Assembly (NCBI GenBank): GCA_040755195.1
Contig: JBFMBL010000011.1
Span: 5,754-69,753, forward strand
Direction: 5' to 3'
DNA length: 64,000 bases
Origin: Bacillota bacterium
GTDB taxonomy: Bacteria > Bacillota > Desulfotomaculia > Desulfotomaculales > Ammonificaceae
A program made the position numbers and the translations under genes. Below are positions 46,529 through 56,032 of this stretch, one piece after another. Within the stretch, counting starts at the first letter, position 1. Each line of letters opens with the position of its first letter. Below the pieces are notes generated by a model. The model was given only the letters and a program-made list of their open reading frames with translations. It had not been told where the DNA came from and did not search any database.

Positions 46529-47128
46529 TCAAGGTTTGGAAACAAACTTGCTTCCTTTTATAACATACCGCCAAAGGTAGTGCTTGGCCTCACCCGCATA
46601 ATCGATGTTGATCCGCGGCGTCGCCTCTACAGCGGCGTCCTCAACGTCCTCCCCGGTCGTTAAATACAGTTCGTCGCCGCACAGATCTGCTCCGTAATGC
46701 CTGGCCGTGATGCCCATGGCCGTGCAAAGCTTACCCGGCCCGTTGCACAGGTTTATCGTCTTGTCCGTCCTGCGGCGTTTCTTCATCAAATCGATGCCGT
46801 CGACGGGCTCCAGAGCCCGGACTAATACCACCTCGGGCCTGTCCTGAACACTGGTGACGATATTAAAACAGTAGTACATCCCGTAAATCAGAAAAATATA
46901 AGCGTATCCCCCGGGCCCGTATTGAATCCTCGTTCGCGATGAGCGTATGCCCTTGTAAGAGTGCGCGGCGGCATCGCCGGGACCCATATACGCTTCCACC
47001 TCGACTATCTTGCCCGTGGTTTTTCCCTCATCCGAATCGTGTACCAGATGCTTCCCGAGTAATTCCCTGGTCACGGTCAGGGTATCGCGGCAGTAAAACG
47101 CGCGGGGCAGTTTCATCCCATCATGCAC
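46529..47128 (-). CDS. DNA-3-methyladenine glycosylase (Mpg/AAG family)
   Basis: GKIVEVEAYMGPGDAAAHSYKG and GGYAYIFLIYGMYYCFNIV. Confidence 0.85.
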   Translation of the reverse strand: MHDGMKLPRAFYCRDTLTVTRELLGKHLVHDSDEGKTTGKIVEVEAYMGPGDAAAHSYKGIRSSRTRIQYGPGGYAYIFLIYGMYYCFNIVTSVQDRPEVVLVRALEPVDGIDLMKKRRRTDKTINLCNGPGKLCTAMGITARHYGADLCGDELYLTTGEDVEDAAVEATPRINIDYAGEAKHYLWRYVIKGSKFVSKP

Positions 47129-47195
47129 CTTTAACGATAGATTTCAAGAGTCCCGCTTCCCGCCCTCAAAAGACCGGCGGCTTCGAAACTTCAGG

Positions 47196-47540
47196 TTATT
47201 CCTCAACCCCGGCCAGGCGGGCTACGGCATGGTAATCGCACTCTTCCGGGGCAGCCGGGTCGTTGAAGAAGGATTCGAATTCATCCTCAAAAGTAAAATC
47301 GGGGAAACCATCAGGGCCGTGTACGACCGCCATCTGTCCAAAGCCCAGCCACATTTCACGCAATTCCTCGTCGCCGTGCTTCCGCCGGATGTCTTCGATG
47401 CTGTGCCTGATAAATCTCCTGGCGTATTCCACCGCCGATCCGCTGTCCCGAAAGCCCGAAACCTTGTAGCTCTCCTCCCCCTCGTAGGTGTGGAAATTGT
47501 CGATAACAACCACCACCCAGACACCTCCGGAATCACTCAT
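47196..47540 (-). CDS. Hypothetical acidic protein
   Basis: 114-aa ORF with no family recognised. Confidence 0.5.
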   Translation of the reverse strand: MSDSGGVWVVVVIDNFHTYEGEESYKVSGFRDSGSAVEYARRFIRHSIEDIRRKHGDEELREMWLGFGQMAVVHGPDGFPDFTFEDEFESFFNDPAAPEECDYHAVARLAGVEE

Positions 47541-47647
47541 ACAATCACCAAAACCTCCTTAGCGAGAGACAAGACTCACCAGTTTTAAAACGTCAACTTT
47601 AATGGATTTCCAATCGGCGGCCTTCTTCCTCCAGCCGCAGATTGGAC

Positions 47648-48154
47648 TTATTCAAATTGTAGCACCGGATATTCCATTATTACGAGAGTCCGTTTATTAC
47701 CAGCTTTTTCCGTCAACCTGACCGCCGCCGATGAACCGCCGGCGCTTGTCACCGTAACCGTCTGTGTATCGCCGTCCCAGCTCACATCGGCGCCCAGCGC
47801 CTCAGACACGAAGCGAAAGGGCGCCAGAGTACGACCGTTTACGATCTTCGGGGGAACGTCGAGGTATACGGGGGCGCCGCCGGCATAAGCCGTTGTCACA
47901 CCTATGGTCACCACCGCCGTCTTTTCCGCTTTAGTTATTGTAACGGTCCGCGTAGTTCCGTCCCACACCGTTTCCCCACCGAGGGCCGCGGCGACGGCTC
48001 TCAAGGGCACCAGAACCCGGCCCCGCTCGATTATCGGCGGCTGATCCAAAGACAGCGGGGCGCCGTCCACAACCACTCCCGGCGCGGCGCAGGCCGTCCC
48101 CGCCGCCGCAAGCATCACCATTAGTACCGCAAAAATCACGGTTGTTTTTCGCAT
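47648..48154 (-). CDS. Secreted copper-amine-oxidase-N-like (stalk) domain protein
   Basis: Signal peptide MRKTTVIFAVLMVMLAAAGTACA. Repeats GRVLVPLRAVAAALGGETVWDG and GRTLAPFRFVSEALGADVSWDG. Confidence 0.7.
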   Translation of the reverse strand: MRKTTVIFAVLMVMLAAAGTACAAPGVVVDGAPLSLDQPPIIERGRVLVPLRAVAAALGGETVWDGTTRTVTITKAEKTAVVTIGVTTAYAGGAPVYLDVPPKIVNGRTLAPFRFVSEALGADVSWDGDTQTVTVTSAGGSSAAVRLTEKAGNKRTLVIMEYPVLQFE

Positions 48155-48394
48155 TATATCCCTCCCGGCAATCCAGCCTGCAGTCTTCGAAAGTCGCCCA
48201 ACCCTCCTTATCCGATTAAAATTCCCGAGCGGGGTCCACCGGCGTTGCGCCTTCTCTGCCCCGCGAACATTACATTTTTATAACACCGCCCGCCGTTAAA
48301 AAATAACACCCTTGGCAAAAGATTTTCAGGCATTCTTTTCGGCCCGCGCCTGCAAACGCTGCCGCACTGATTTCTTCCTTTACCAAATAAAAAC

Positions 48395-48437
48395 ACCCCG
48401 GTGCTGTCAGGCTGTGGAATCCGACAGACAACGGGGT
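48395..48437. terminator. Bidirectional terminator-like hairpin
   Basis: ACCCCG..CTGTC...GACAG..CGGGGT, flanked by a T-run on the plus strand (ATTCTTTT) and on the minus strand (GTTTTTATTT). It lies downstream of the minus-strand ABC ATPase. Confidence 0.5.
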
Positions 48438-48540
48438 ATTCTTTTCGACACTCGGTGGAATTGATAATAAAGCGACAGGAAGCGTGGCCGAGTCAGGCTT
48501 CGTTTAAGGATAACCGCCGGGATTCGTCCCGGCGGAATTT

Positions 48541-49248
48541 TCAAACAGCATTCGAATAAGCTGATTCCGAATCAGAAACCTTTTTCAGACTTCCATCTTC
48601 AAACCGGTAAACCACATCTGCCTCTTCCGCCACCTCATGCGAATGGCTCACAACAACTACACACTTGTTATATACATGAGCCAGTTCCTTGAATATTTCT
48701 ACTATTTCCCTTGCCGTACGCATGTCAAGATTTCCGGTGGGTTCATCCGCAAGTATTACCTCCGTATTACCGGCCAACGCCCGCGCTATCGCAACCCTTT
48801 GCTGCTGCCCGCCGGAGAGCTGCATGACATTTCGTTTTGCCTCATTCTCCTTGAGCCCAAGATCGTTTAACAACTTCAAAGCCCGTTGTTTACGTTCACC
48901 CTTATATGAACCCGAAAGCTCCATCGCCATGATAACATTTTCCAGCGCCGTCATGTAATTTATGAGATTATAGTTTTGAAAAATCAAAGAAACATTTTCC
49001 CTGCGGTATCTTGTAAGGCCTATCTTCTTAATATCCTGACCACCAAAAAGAACCCTGCCTTTCTGTGGGACGTCCAGGGCTCCGGCGAGAGCCAAAGACG
49101 TAGTTTTTCCGGAACCGGAAGGCCCGACTATTGTATAAAAGACACCTTTTTCGAAAGAAACACTGGCGTTTTTTAGAACATCCACCCGTTGCCCGCCGTT
49201 TGAATAGCCGAACGTAACATCATCAAATTCAAGCACCGCTTCCATCAT
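48541..49248 (-). CDS. MacB/LolD-type ABC ATPase (apparently orphaned)
   Basis: GPSGSGKTT, LSGGQQQRVAIARAL, ILADEPTGNLD. Confidence 0.8.
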   Translation of the reverse strand: MMEAVLEFDDVTFGYSNGGQRVDVLKNASVSFEKGVFYTIVGPSGSGKTTSLALAGALDVPQKGRVLFGGQDIKKIGLTRYRRENVSLIFQNYNLINYMTALENVIMAMELSGSYKGERKQRALKLLNDLGLKENEAKRNVMQLSGGQQQRVAIARALAGNTEVILADEPTGNLDMRTAREIVEIFKELAHVYNKCVVVVSHSHEVAEEADVVYRFEDGSLKKVSDSESAYSNAV

Positions 49249-49258
49249 ATCAGCCCCC

Positions 49259-49684
49259 TCATAGCGCCTTTGTCAAAATAGCATTCGGTTTGTAACGCAT
49301 TACTGTACCGGCCGGCAGTATTGTACCGGCAATTAATATAAGTAAACCCGCGGCTGACATTTGTTCCACCTCTGCGCCGGTGACTTGAATACTAAGAGAG
49401 TCGATAGGCTGGTAGTTTCGCTCGAACAGCCTTCCGAAGCGGCCCCCTTGCATCTGGGAAAAGCCTCTGCCGGCGCCTGCCGCAATATTACTGTCTCCTT
49501 GATCCTGTACCACCTGAATCTCACGTTCCAGTAACATATCACCCACACCCTGAGCTATGAATTTTCCGCTGAACACCGACAAGCCGAAAGCCACTACAGC
49601 AACCACCAGTACTTCCGCCAGATACTGGGTAATAATTTTCACCTTTCCTTCGCCCATTGACAAAAGCACGCCTGTTTCATACAT
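49259..49684 (-). pseudogene. C-terminal fragment of an FtsX-type ABC permease
   Basis: Only the last ~140 aa are present (GVLLSMGEGKVKIITQYLAEVLVV...VMRYKPNAILTKAL). There is an in-frame stop 12 codons upstream. The N-terminal ~2/3 is replaced by the neighbouring gene. Confidence 0.5.
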
Positions 49685-49709
49685 TCTCCTGTAACAGTCA
49701 CATCGGGTA

Positions 49710-50213
49710 TTACAAAATCACCGCCTGAATAACTACAGGAGTACCAACGGAAACATAGTCATAAATTTCATTTACATCTGCATTAGCCAGCCCCACGCAC
49801 CCCCAGGTCCAATCGCCGGGTCCGTTGGTATCATTGCCTCCATGAATTCCGATCCCACCTCCAAGAGGAGTATACTGAGGCGGAATTTGCCCGCTGTTTG
49901 TGGCACCGACTATGTAATCATAAGTCGCCTGGTCTATCAAACCCGAATTCAAACCCCGCCGGGCGTCATCAATGTTTGGGTAACTGAGCCGCATCCACCT
50001 GGTACCGAGATATTGGTCCGGCGGCGAAAATACCGATTTTTCAGCGATATAGAAAGATCCCTCCGGCGTTTTATGATCCCCCGCCACCTGTTTATCCTCC
50101 AGTCCGCTGTCTCCGATTTCCACCTGGTATGACTTGAGCGGGGTCGCACCCGAATACAGGGTCAATAGGCGGCCGGTTTTGTTTACGACTATCTTCAGAT
50201 TGGGAACCGGCAC
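49710..50213 (-). CDS. L,D-transpeptidase (YkuD) catalytic domain, separated from its LysM part by an in-frame stop
   Basis: GIHGGN...WGCVGL active-site region. The upstream same-frame ORF ends ...YPGQTLQIPG...GQY-TAA (50276-50274). No signal peptide is left. Confidence 0.6.
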   Translation of the reverse strand: MPVPNLKIVVNKTGRLLTLYSGATPLKSYQVEIGDSGLEDKQVAGDHKTPEGSFYIAEKSVFSPPDQYLGTRWMRLSYPNIDDARRGLNSGLIDQATYDYIVGATNSGQIPPQYTPLGGGIGIHGGNDTNGPGDWTWGCVGLANADVNEIYDYVSVGTPVVIQAVIL

Positions 50214-50273
50214 GGAAATCCCCTTTTCCTGCAGAATTGATGCCAGCGGCTGACCGGAGGTTTCATCCTTGTT

Positions 50274-50560
50274 TTAGTACTGACCTTCATTATTCGAACC
50301 TGCCGGTTCCGGTTTCACGCCGGGAATCTGCAGGGTTTGCCCGGGATAAACAACATCAATTTCCAACCCGTCAAAAGACTTAACACCTCTATTGCCTTCA
50401 ACACGCCTCAACAAGGCCTGAACCCTGGCAGCCAGTATTTTAAAGACTGAACGGTTTTGCAATATACTCGTCCGCGCCGAGGTCAAAGCCGAAAAGCTCA
50501 CGGATTCTTCTCCTCTTGCAGTCAGAATGATAATGGGAATTCCATCTCCAAAGCAATGGC
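50274..50560 (-). pseudogene. Chimeric remnant: OmpR-type response-regulator fragment (double frameshift) fused to the C-terminal end of a LysM domain
   Basis: IPIIILTARGEE and ILAARVQALLRR lie in one frame, while GFDLGADEYIAKPFS lies in another. The winged-helix start KSFDGLEIDVV runs directly into YPGQTLQIPG. Confidence 0.5.
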
Positions 50561-51032
50561 AATTGCCGGAACAGATACAAGCAGTATTACCCGCTTCTTT
50601 AGTGTATACAATAACCGGCTTTTAAAAAGCCGGCGGAATCCCTCATTTGAGACTGAAGAAAAGTGACTCCTTGTGGTAAAATTGTTGCATAGTAAGCGAC
50701 GAATGGAAGTTCAACATCAAGGTTGAAGAAGTACTGCTATCCGATGCTCCGCCGTTTAGACCGGCGATCACTGCCAGCCGTGGCGCGGCACCGGAACAGT
50801 ACCCGGATTTCTGGGAAGAAGAGGAAGACAACGGTTTTGAATATACCTTAAACGGCGAACCGCCCAATAACCGCAAACCCTTGATACACTAATGGTTGTA
50901 CGGCGGCCTTTAGCCGGAGAAACCGGCGGGGGTTAAAAGCCCCGACCGTAAATGCTCAGTAAACCCCACAGGTATTTTTTGACGGAATGCGGTTAGAAGT
51001 ATGCATGTCACGAATTGAAAGATATGGGATAT

Positions 51033-51060
51033 TTGTTAACCACGTGCTCCGTTGTATACT
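51033..51060 (+). promoter_or_regulatory. Sigma-70-like promoter
   Basis: TTGTTA (51033-51038), 16 nt spacer, TATACT (51055-51060) followed by ATAAT. Confidence 0.45.
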
Positions 51061-51092
51061 ATAATCATAAAGAAGAGAGTAGGAGAAGCCGA

Positions 51093-51308
51093 ATGAAAAT
51101 TATCGGTAGGAGAGACCCTGAGAAGCCCGTGCCCTTTGTGGAATACTGGAACACTTTTGTTGAGTTTTCTTTGGCGCTTCACGGTGGGGGATTTCCCATA
51201 CCGCGGGGCGTTTGGCGTTTCAGGAATTTTGAGGAGGCAAAAGAATGGGAGGACCGGATGCTCCTGGGGGAGAAACCCGCAGCAGGCCCCCCGCTAAAGA
51301 GGATCTGA
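51093..51308 (+). CDS. Hypothetical 71-aa protein
   Basis: ATG 51093 follows GTAGGAGAAG (MKIIGRRDPEKPVPFVEYW...). Overlaps the next gene by 64 nt. Confidence 0.4.
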   Translation: MKIIGRRDPEKPVPFVEYWNTFVEFSLALHGGGFPIPRGVWRFRNFEEAKEWEDRMLLGEKPAAGPPLKRI

Positions 51309-51745
51309 AAAACATCTGTAAAAGGTTCAGGGAGTTAGGCGTAAAGTACATCCTCGTCGGAGGAGTAGCCGTCAACCTTTACGGCAGGCCCAGGATGACA
51401 CATGACATTGATTTCCTGGTCGATCCTTCGCCGGAAAATATTAAGAAAGCAAAAGAGGCTTTAATGGTACTTGAAGACGGAGCAGCGCGCGACTTGCGGC
51501 CGGATGACCTGGAAAAATACGGAGTAGTTAGAATCGCGGACGAGGTTGTAGTGGATTTGATTGGCAAAATCGGTGACGTCAACACGGATAACGCGGGAAC
51601 TGTTTACTTTGACCTGGAGGGTGAGCGGATAGTTGTCGCCGATCTTGACACCTTGATTGAAACAAAAAAGGGTTTGAGGGAACGGGACAAAGAGGACCTT
51701 TTTTTCTTATTACTGAAAAGGCAAAAAATCACCCCAAATACCTAA
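51245..51745 (+). CDS. Nucleotidyltransferase-fold protein
   Basis: ATG 51245 lies 7 nt after GAGGAGG. Motif LVGGVAVNLYGRPRMTHDIDFLV (GG..A...R.T.D.D). Confidence 0.55.
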   Translation: MGGPDAPGGETRSRPPAKEDLKNICKRFRELGVKYILVGGVAVNLYGRPRMTHDIDFLVDPSPENIKKAKEALMVLEDGAARDLRPDDLEKYGVVRIADEVVVDLIGKIGDVNTDNAGTVYFDLEGERIVVADLDTLIETKKGLRERDKEDLFFLLLKRQKITPNT

Positions 51746-52129
51746 TTTTAAGGTTCATTCAGGATGGTATAAAAAGATATAAATCAAATCCTTGAACCAT
51801 ACGGAAATAATTCAGCGCTTAGAAATCTGAAACATCAAGGCTACCCGCCGGAAACGCTGCGCTTATTCCCGCCCAACTTTGCTCGATCCTCAGATTTGTT
51901 CAGTATAAGGTAACTCCGCTGCAACTCCTTTCAAAGCCGCAGAAATAAAGGCCGAACCGCGGGTTATAGCGCGATTCGGCGCGGGTGAGCAAACCTGTAA
52001 GCCGAGTTCTCCGGAAGAAACACCCAAGGGTCTCTTAGCGCACGTCTTCAAGGAGTTACAAGGGTTTAAGGGTCCGCATGCCGTGCGGGCCCGCAAAAAT
52101 CTACATTCACCAAACCTTGGAGGTGTGTT

Positions 52130-52249
52130 ATGTCGCAGTTACCTGAAATTATCCGCGAGTTCCTGCGTTACCTGCGGGTGGAGAAAAACGCCTCCCCCCT
52201 CACCCTGGCGGCCTACCGTTCGGACATCAAGCCCCTCGATGATCCATAG
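52130..52249 (+). pseudogene. N-terminal 39-codon remnant of a XerC/XerD-type tyrosine recombinase
   Basis: MSQLPEIIREFLRYLRVEKNASPLTLAAYRSDIKPLDDP-stop. This is the SAM-like core-binding motif only; no catalytic domain follows. Confidence 0.55.
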
Positions 52250-52401
52250 CCTAAGCGCAAGGATTGGCGGCGTCAGTTAGAACATCACTGATAACCACGG
52301 TCGCCGTGCTTCATCCGGAGAAAAGGGTTACAGGATCATCGGACAGCGACCTGAAGAAACCCTTTTGCTCCATGATAACGTAGCCAACACTGCCGGATAG
52401 A

Positions 52402-52429
52402 TTGACTTTGAAATTGACAATGTTATAAT
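52402..52429 (+). promoter_or_regulatory. Sigma-70-like promoter of the mntA-hepT operon
   Basis: TTGACT (52402-52407), 16 nt spacer, TATAAT (52424-52429). TTGAC repeats nearby could be operators. Confidence 0.55.
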
Positions 52430-52467
52430 AGTAAATAGTTGGTAGTTGACTTTTTGAGGGGTTAGCT

Positions 52468-52761
52468 ATGGGCGGTATTAACGAACAACTAACAATTAAA
52501 CGCGAAGAAGTTCTGCGTATAGCTGCGCGGCATGGCGCTTATAATGTTCGTATTTTCGGCTCAACGGCGCGAGGTGAAGCCGGGCCGGGTAGCGACGTGG
52601 ACTTTGTGGTAGATCTGGAGCCCGATCGAAGCCTCTTTGATCTCGGCGGCTTGTTGATGGATCTGCAGGCTCTATTGGGATGTAAGGTTGACGTGGTAAC
52701 GGAGCAGGGATTGCACTGGTACATTCGCGATCAAATCTTGGCGGAGGCTAAGCAGTTATGA
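52468..52761 (+). CDS. mntA: MNT-type nucleotidyltransferase antitoxin MntA (type VII TA)
   Basis: [23 protein letters not shown] minimal NTase motif. Confidence 0.85.
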   Translation: MGGINEQLTIKREEVLRIAARHGAYNVRIFGSTARGEAGPGSDVDFVVDLEPDRSLFDLGGLLMDLQALLGCKVDVVTEQGLHWYIRDQILAEAKQL

Positions 52762-53084
52762 AGGACGATAAACTTTATCTGGTCCATATTAGCGAATGTA
52801 TTGGGCGCATTGAGAAATATGTTGTGGACGGCAAAGAGGTATTTATGACCTCGACGCTCATTCAGGATGCGGTGCTACGCAACCTGCAAACCTTAGCAGA
52901 ATCAACACAGCGTCTTTCCGGTGCTTCAAAAGCGGCCCATCCGGAAGTTGATTGGTATAAAATCTCGGGTTTTCGGAATGTACTGGTTCATGATTATTTA
53001 GGTGTGGATTTGGAGAGAGTTTGGAAAGTGATTGAGCGTGATTTGCCAGGTTTAAAACGTTCAATTATTTCTATGCTGAAGTAG
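52758..53084 (+). CDS. hepT: HEPN (DUF86) toxin HepT
   Basis: ATGA overlap with mntA. R-x4-H-x-Y motif (FRNVLVHDY). Confidence 0.85.
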   Translation: MKDDKLYLVHISECIGRIEKYVVDGKEVFMTSTLIQDAVLRNLQTLAESTQRLSGASKAAHPEVDWYKISGFRNVLVHDYLGVDLERVWKVIERDLPGLKRSIISMLK

Positions 53085-53243
53085 CGAACCCGCAGGTCCC
53101 TTTGCTGCACAGGTAAAGTGGCAAAATGAACGACGCACAAGAATATGGAGTGTTTTTAAAAATCCGGTCTGTCGACTCTTTTGGGGTCTCTGCCGGTGAA
53201 CCTTTCGGCGTGCCCGTAGTCCATAAACTACCGGCACACGGGT

Positions 53244-54431
53244 TTACCGAAGAAACGTGTAAGGATCCTTTATATCTACTTTCTTCCCTTCGGGCTCGGC
53301 ATGTCTTCTTCTACCCAACACCGGATCATTCCTGGCCACTATAGGATCAAACCAATCTGCCTTGTCCCTGGCCCAGGCAAGCCATTCAATCATCCGTAAC
53401 CGTTTTTCCTCGTCCGCTTCGTTGTGAAGTCCCGCTTCTATAGCTGCAATATACTCCCGGATAATACAGGCTGTATGCCAATCCGTGGCTGCATTCTCTA
53501 AGGCTGCAACTCTTTCGAACTCTTCTTGCTGGCGTAAAGCGCGTTGATACCTGCGTTCTGCTTCCTCTTGCCGGCGCCGTTCTTCCCGTTCACGATCCTC
53601 GCGGGCCACACGGATCCTCTCCGATGTCTCAAACAACTCAACAATGGCATCGCCTAACAGTGAATCCAGAGTCCTAGTTTTAGTGTCTCGGAAGTTTCTG
53701 CGCTTGGCATATCGGTCGTCCAAAAAAAGCGTGAGTCCGTCGGACTCCTTCATGATGATCCGTATCTTTTCGCTTCGGACAAGGGCGTAAGTATTGCCGT
53801 CACGTCCGTCTACAACGACCGTACAATCCAGTGATTCCAGCGTTCGTACGAATGCATCCATCAAACGGTATGCCCGATGCATGGAGTCGCCTGACACACG
53901 TAGCTCGAGTACGTGCTTATCGGGTTCTTGCTTGTTTCTGTGACTTAAATAAGAAAGCCCGCTTCCATAGAAATCATACCTTTTCCTTTCACGTTCCCGC
54001 TTTTTTCTAAGCGCCATTTCATCACGGTGTTCGACAATCAGAGAGTGGGGTCGCCGTAACTGTTCGCTAATCTCGATGCTCGCACAGACATCCAATATTT
54101 TCTGGCGTTCAGCTTCATCAAAGAAAGTAAGTATCGCTTTCCCACCATCTGCTGTTTTCTCTGTACCGATTATTGACACCTCGGAGCGGTTACCGTAGAT
54201 AATTTTGGGGCCTTTATGGGGTGGGAGAGGAGTTTTTTTCATCTTCCCACCGGCACGAAGCTTCGCCCAGTAACCACGAGGAGGTACAGGGATGTTCATT
54301 CGTTTACACACCTTGCGCAACGCGACATTTGATACACCATAGCGTTTGGACACAATGGTCACAGGCTCAGCCCAGACTTCTTTATAGAGTTTTTCGCGTT
54401 CATACACATTTTCAGCCAATTCTTGCACCAC
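53244..54431 (-). CDS. Conserved hypothetical protein with N-terminal HTH-like motif and Arg/Glu-rich coiled-coil region
   Basis: YGVSNVALRKVCKRMNIPVPPRGYWAKL N-terminal motif, REDREREERRRQEEAERRYQRALRQQEE segment. Confidence 0.65.
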   Translation of the reverse strand: MVQELAENVYEREKLYKEVWAEPVTIVSKRYGVSNVALRKVCKRMNIPVPPRGYWAKLRAGGKMKKTPLPPHKGPKIIYGNRSEVSIIGTEKTADGGKAILTFFDEAERQKILDVCASIEISEQLRRPHSLIVEHRDEMALRKKRERERKRYDFYGSGLSYLSHRNKQEPDKHVLELRVSGDSMHRAYRLMDAFVRTLESLDCTVVVDGRDGNTYALVRSEKIRIIMKESDGLTLFLDDRYAKRRNFRDTKTRTLDSLLGDAIVELFETSERIRVAREDREREERRRQEEAERRYQRALRQQEEFERVAALENAATDWHTACIIREYIAAIEAGLHNEADEEKRLRMIEWLAWARDKADWFDPIVARNDPVLGRRRHAEPEGKKVDIKDPYTFLR

Positions 54432-54594
54432 CTTCTTTAACTAGGCGATATACTCAGCTACACTCCGCTTTCTCTTACGTCGATTTCCTACAATTGTAGC
54501 AAAGTAAGGGGGCTTGAAAAAGCCGAAAAAGATCCTTTATGCTTTAAGGTAATTGTGTTCCAGGTTTTTCCATGACATCTTCCATCGGTTTCGG

Positions 54595-55977
54595 TTAAAA
54601 AGAAACAGTTCGCGTCTCCTGGTCCCAGTTCGGCTTCAGGCCCAAGTTCTCGGAGACAAAGCGCAGGGGTATGAATGTCCTCCCGTTCCGCACCTCCGGG
54701 GCCACCTGCAGGGGGACCACCTGCCCGTCCACCACAGCCTCTTTCCCGCCGCTGCGCAGGACCACCTCACGCCCGTTCAACAGGACCGTAGCCTTTCGCT
54801 CCCGCTGGTCCCAGAATACGGTTGCACCGAGGTGCTCAAGAACGCCGCGCACCGGCACCATCGTCGTCCCCGGCCTCGAGAGATAACCGTTCACCGGCAG
54901 GAGTGTACCGCCAACGCGGATGCGAACGCTATCCTCCCCGTCAACCGTGACGACAATACAGTTTGAGAGCTTACGACCCGGGCGCACCTTGTACTCCCCG
55001 CTGTAATAGAGCCCGCACGAAGCGTTGCCGTCCAACCCGATCGCGTCCCTGAGCCCGAGCTTCTGCACCGTCCGGGCCATCTCGGCCATGGTCACGCCGG
55101 AAACCGTGCCCATCGTAAGCGTGCCGTCAGGTTTGACGCCGATGAAGCTCCAGGAAGCCTTCGTGAAGAACTTGGGCTCTTTCATCTGGTCGGCGGCCAG
55201 GTCGAGAACGTCTTTGCCGTCGCGCACCAGGAGCGGGCCCGCCTGGACGATGTGCCGGACGTCATCCCAGTCCAGCCGGTTCCCTTTTTCGTCGGCGAAA
55301 GTGTACCGCAGCTGCACCGAATCCCCTACGGCGAACCGGGAGGCTATCTCCCCCGCGCCCCGGCCGAACCCGATAACGTAGCCGTCGGATGGGATCTGCA
55401 CGGGGCCCGCCTGTATCGCAGCCACCCTGCCCTGCCGTATGGTGACAGTCGTGCCGGCAGGCGCCTGTATCGCCTGACCGAAGCTGGGTGTGAAGATAAC
55501 CACGGCCTGCGGGTCTTCGACGTTCCGGTTGACGTCCCAGGCGTACCAGTTATTCGGCCACGTTTCGATGCCGTTGATACCGCCTTCTATCCTCACGCGC
55601 AGCCGCGCCACCTTCACCCTGCCGTCCGCCGTGATGCCGACAGCCCCGCCGGCGTTCCCCGCCCGGTACAGCACCCCGTCAGCCATAATAGTGCCCCACG
55701 AGGTCATGTCGCTGTATGCGTTGAAGAAGGTGCCGTTCACCGCCGCTAAGGCGCCTGAGGCCTTCGCCATCGACGCAAGGTCGGCGGTCTGCCCTGTCCT
55801 GCCGTTCGCCAGCATAGGCCGTATCTGAACCCCGGGACTGGAGAGGTCGACGTTTACCATGCTGATCGGATGGCCGTCAACTTCGACGGCATAAAAAGAA
55901 GCCGGCACACCGGCCGATGCGGGTGTGCCGGGGAAAAACATGAATAGAGCTATAACGATTGAAAGCAACTGTCTCAA
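54595..55977 (-). CDS. Secreted phosphodiester glycosidase (DUF2233/NAGPA-like) with C-terminal stalk domain
   Basis: Signal peptide. AAVNGTFFNAY, IVQAGPLLVRDGK, AIGLDGNASCGLYY. C-terminal TTMVPVRGVLEHLGATVFWDQ repeats. Confidence 0.75.
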   Translation of the reverse strand: MRQLLSIVIALFMFFPGTPASAGVPASFYAVEVDGHPISMVNVDLSSPGVQIRPMLANGRTGQTADLASMAKASGALAAVNGTFFNAYSDMTSWGTIMADGVLYRAGNAGGAVGITADGRVKVARLRVRIEGGINGIETWPNNWYAWDVNRNVEDPQAVVIFTPSFGQAIQAPAGTTVTIRQGRVAAIQAGPVQIPSDGYVIGFGRGAGEIASRFAVGDSVQLRYTFADEKGNRLDWDDVRHIVQAGPLLVRDGKDVLDLAADQMKEPKFFTKASWSFIGVKPDGTLTMGTVSGVTMAEMARTVQKLGLRDAIGLDGNASCGLYYSGEYKVRPGRKLSNCIVVTVDGEDSVRIRVGGTLLPVNGYLSRPGTTMVPVRGVLEHLGATVFWDQRERKATVLLNGREVVLRSGGKEAVVDGQVVPLQVAPEVRNGRTFIPLRFVSENLGLKPNWDQETRTVSF

Positions 55978-56032
55978 GATACTCCCCCTCTCAATCCTTT
56001 TTGCTGCTGCCTGACGTCCACAACTTTACCTT

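Noticed and set aside
50690-50890. Plus-strand open frame (DEWKFNIKVEEVLLSDAPPF...NNRKPLIH) lacking any start codon
   Set aside because: It has no ATG/GTG/TTG after the upstream stop and no recognisable family. It is probably another gene fragment in the decay zone, and that is not enough to call a feature.
51245-51308. Frameshift at the C6 tract (about 51287-51292) splitting one gene into the 71-aa and 166-aa ORFs
   Set aside because: The downstream ORF has its own ATG, 7 nt after a strong GAGGAGG. Two genuinely overlapping genes is therefore the simpler reading, though a frameshift is not fully excluded.
53126-53344. 72-aa plus-strand ORF between hepT and the 395-aa gene
   Set aside because: It overlaps the 3' end of the much longer minus-strand ORF and has no SD or family signature.
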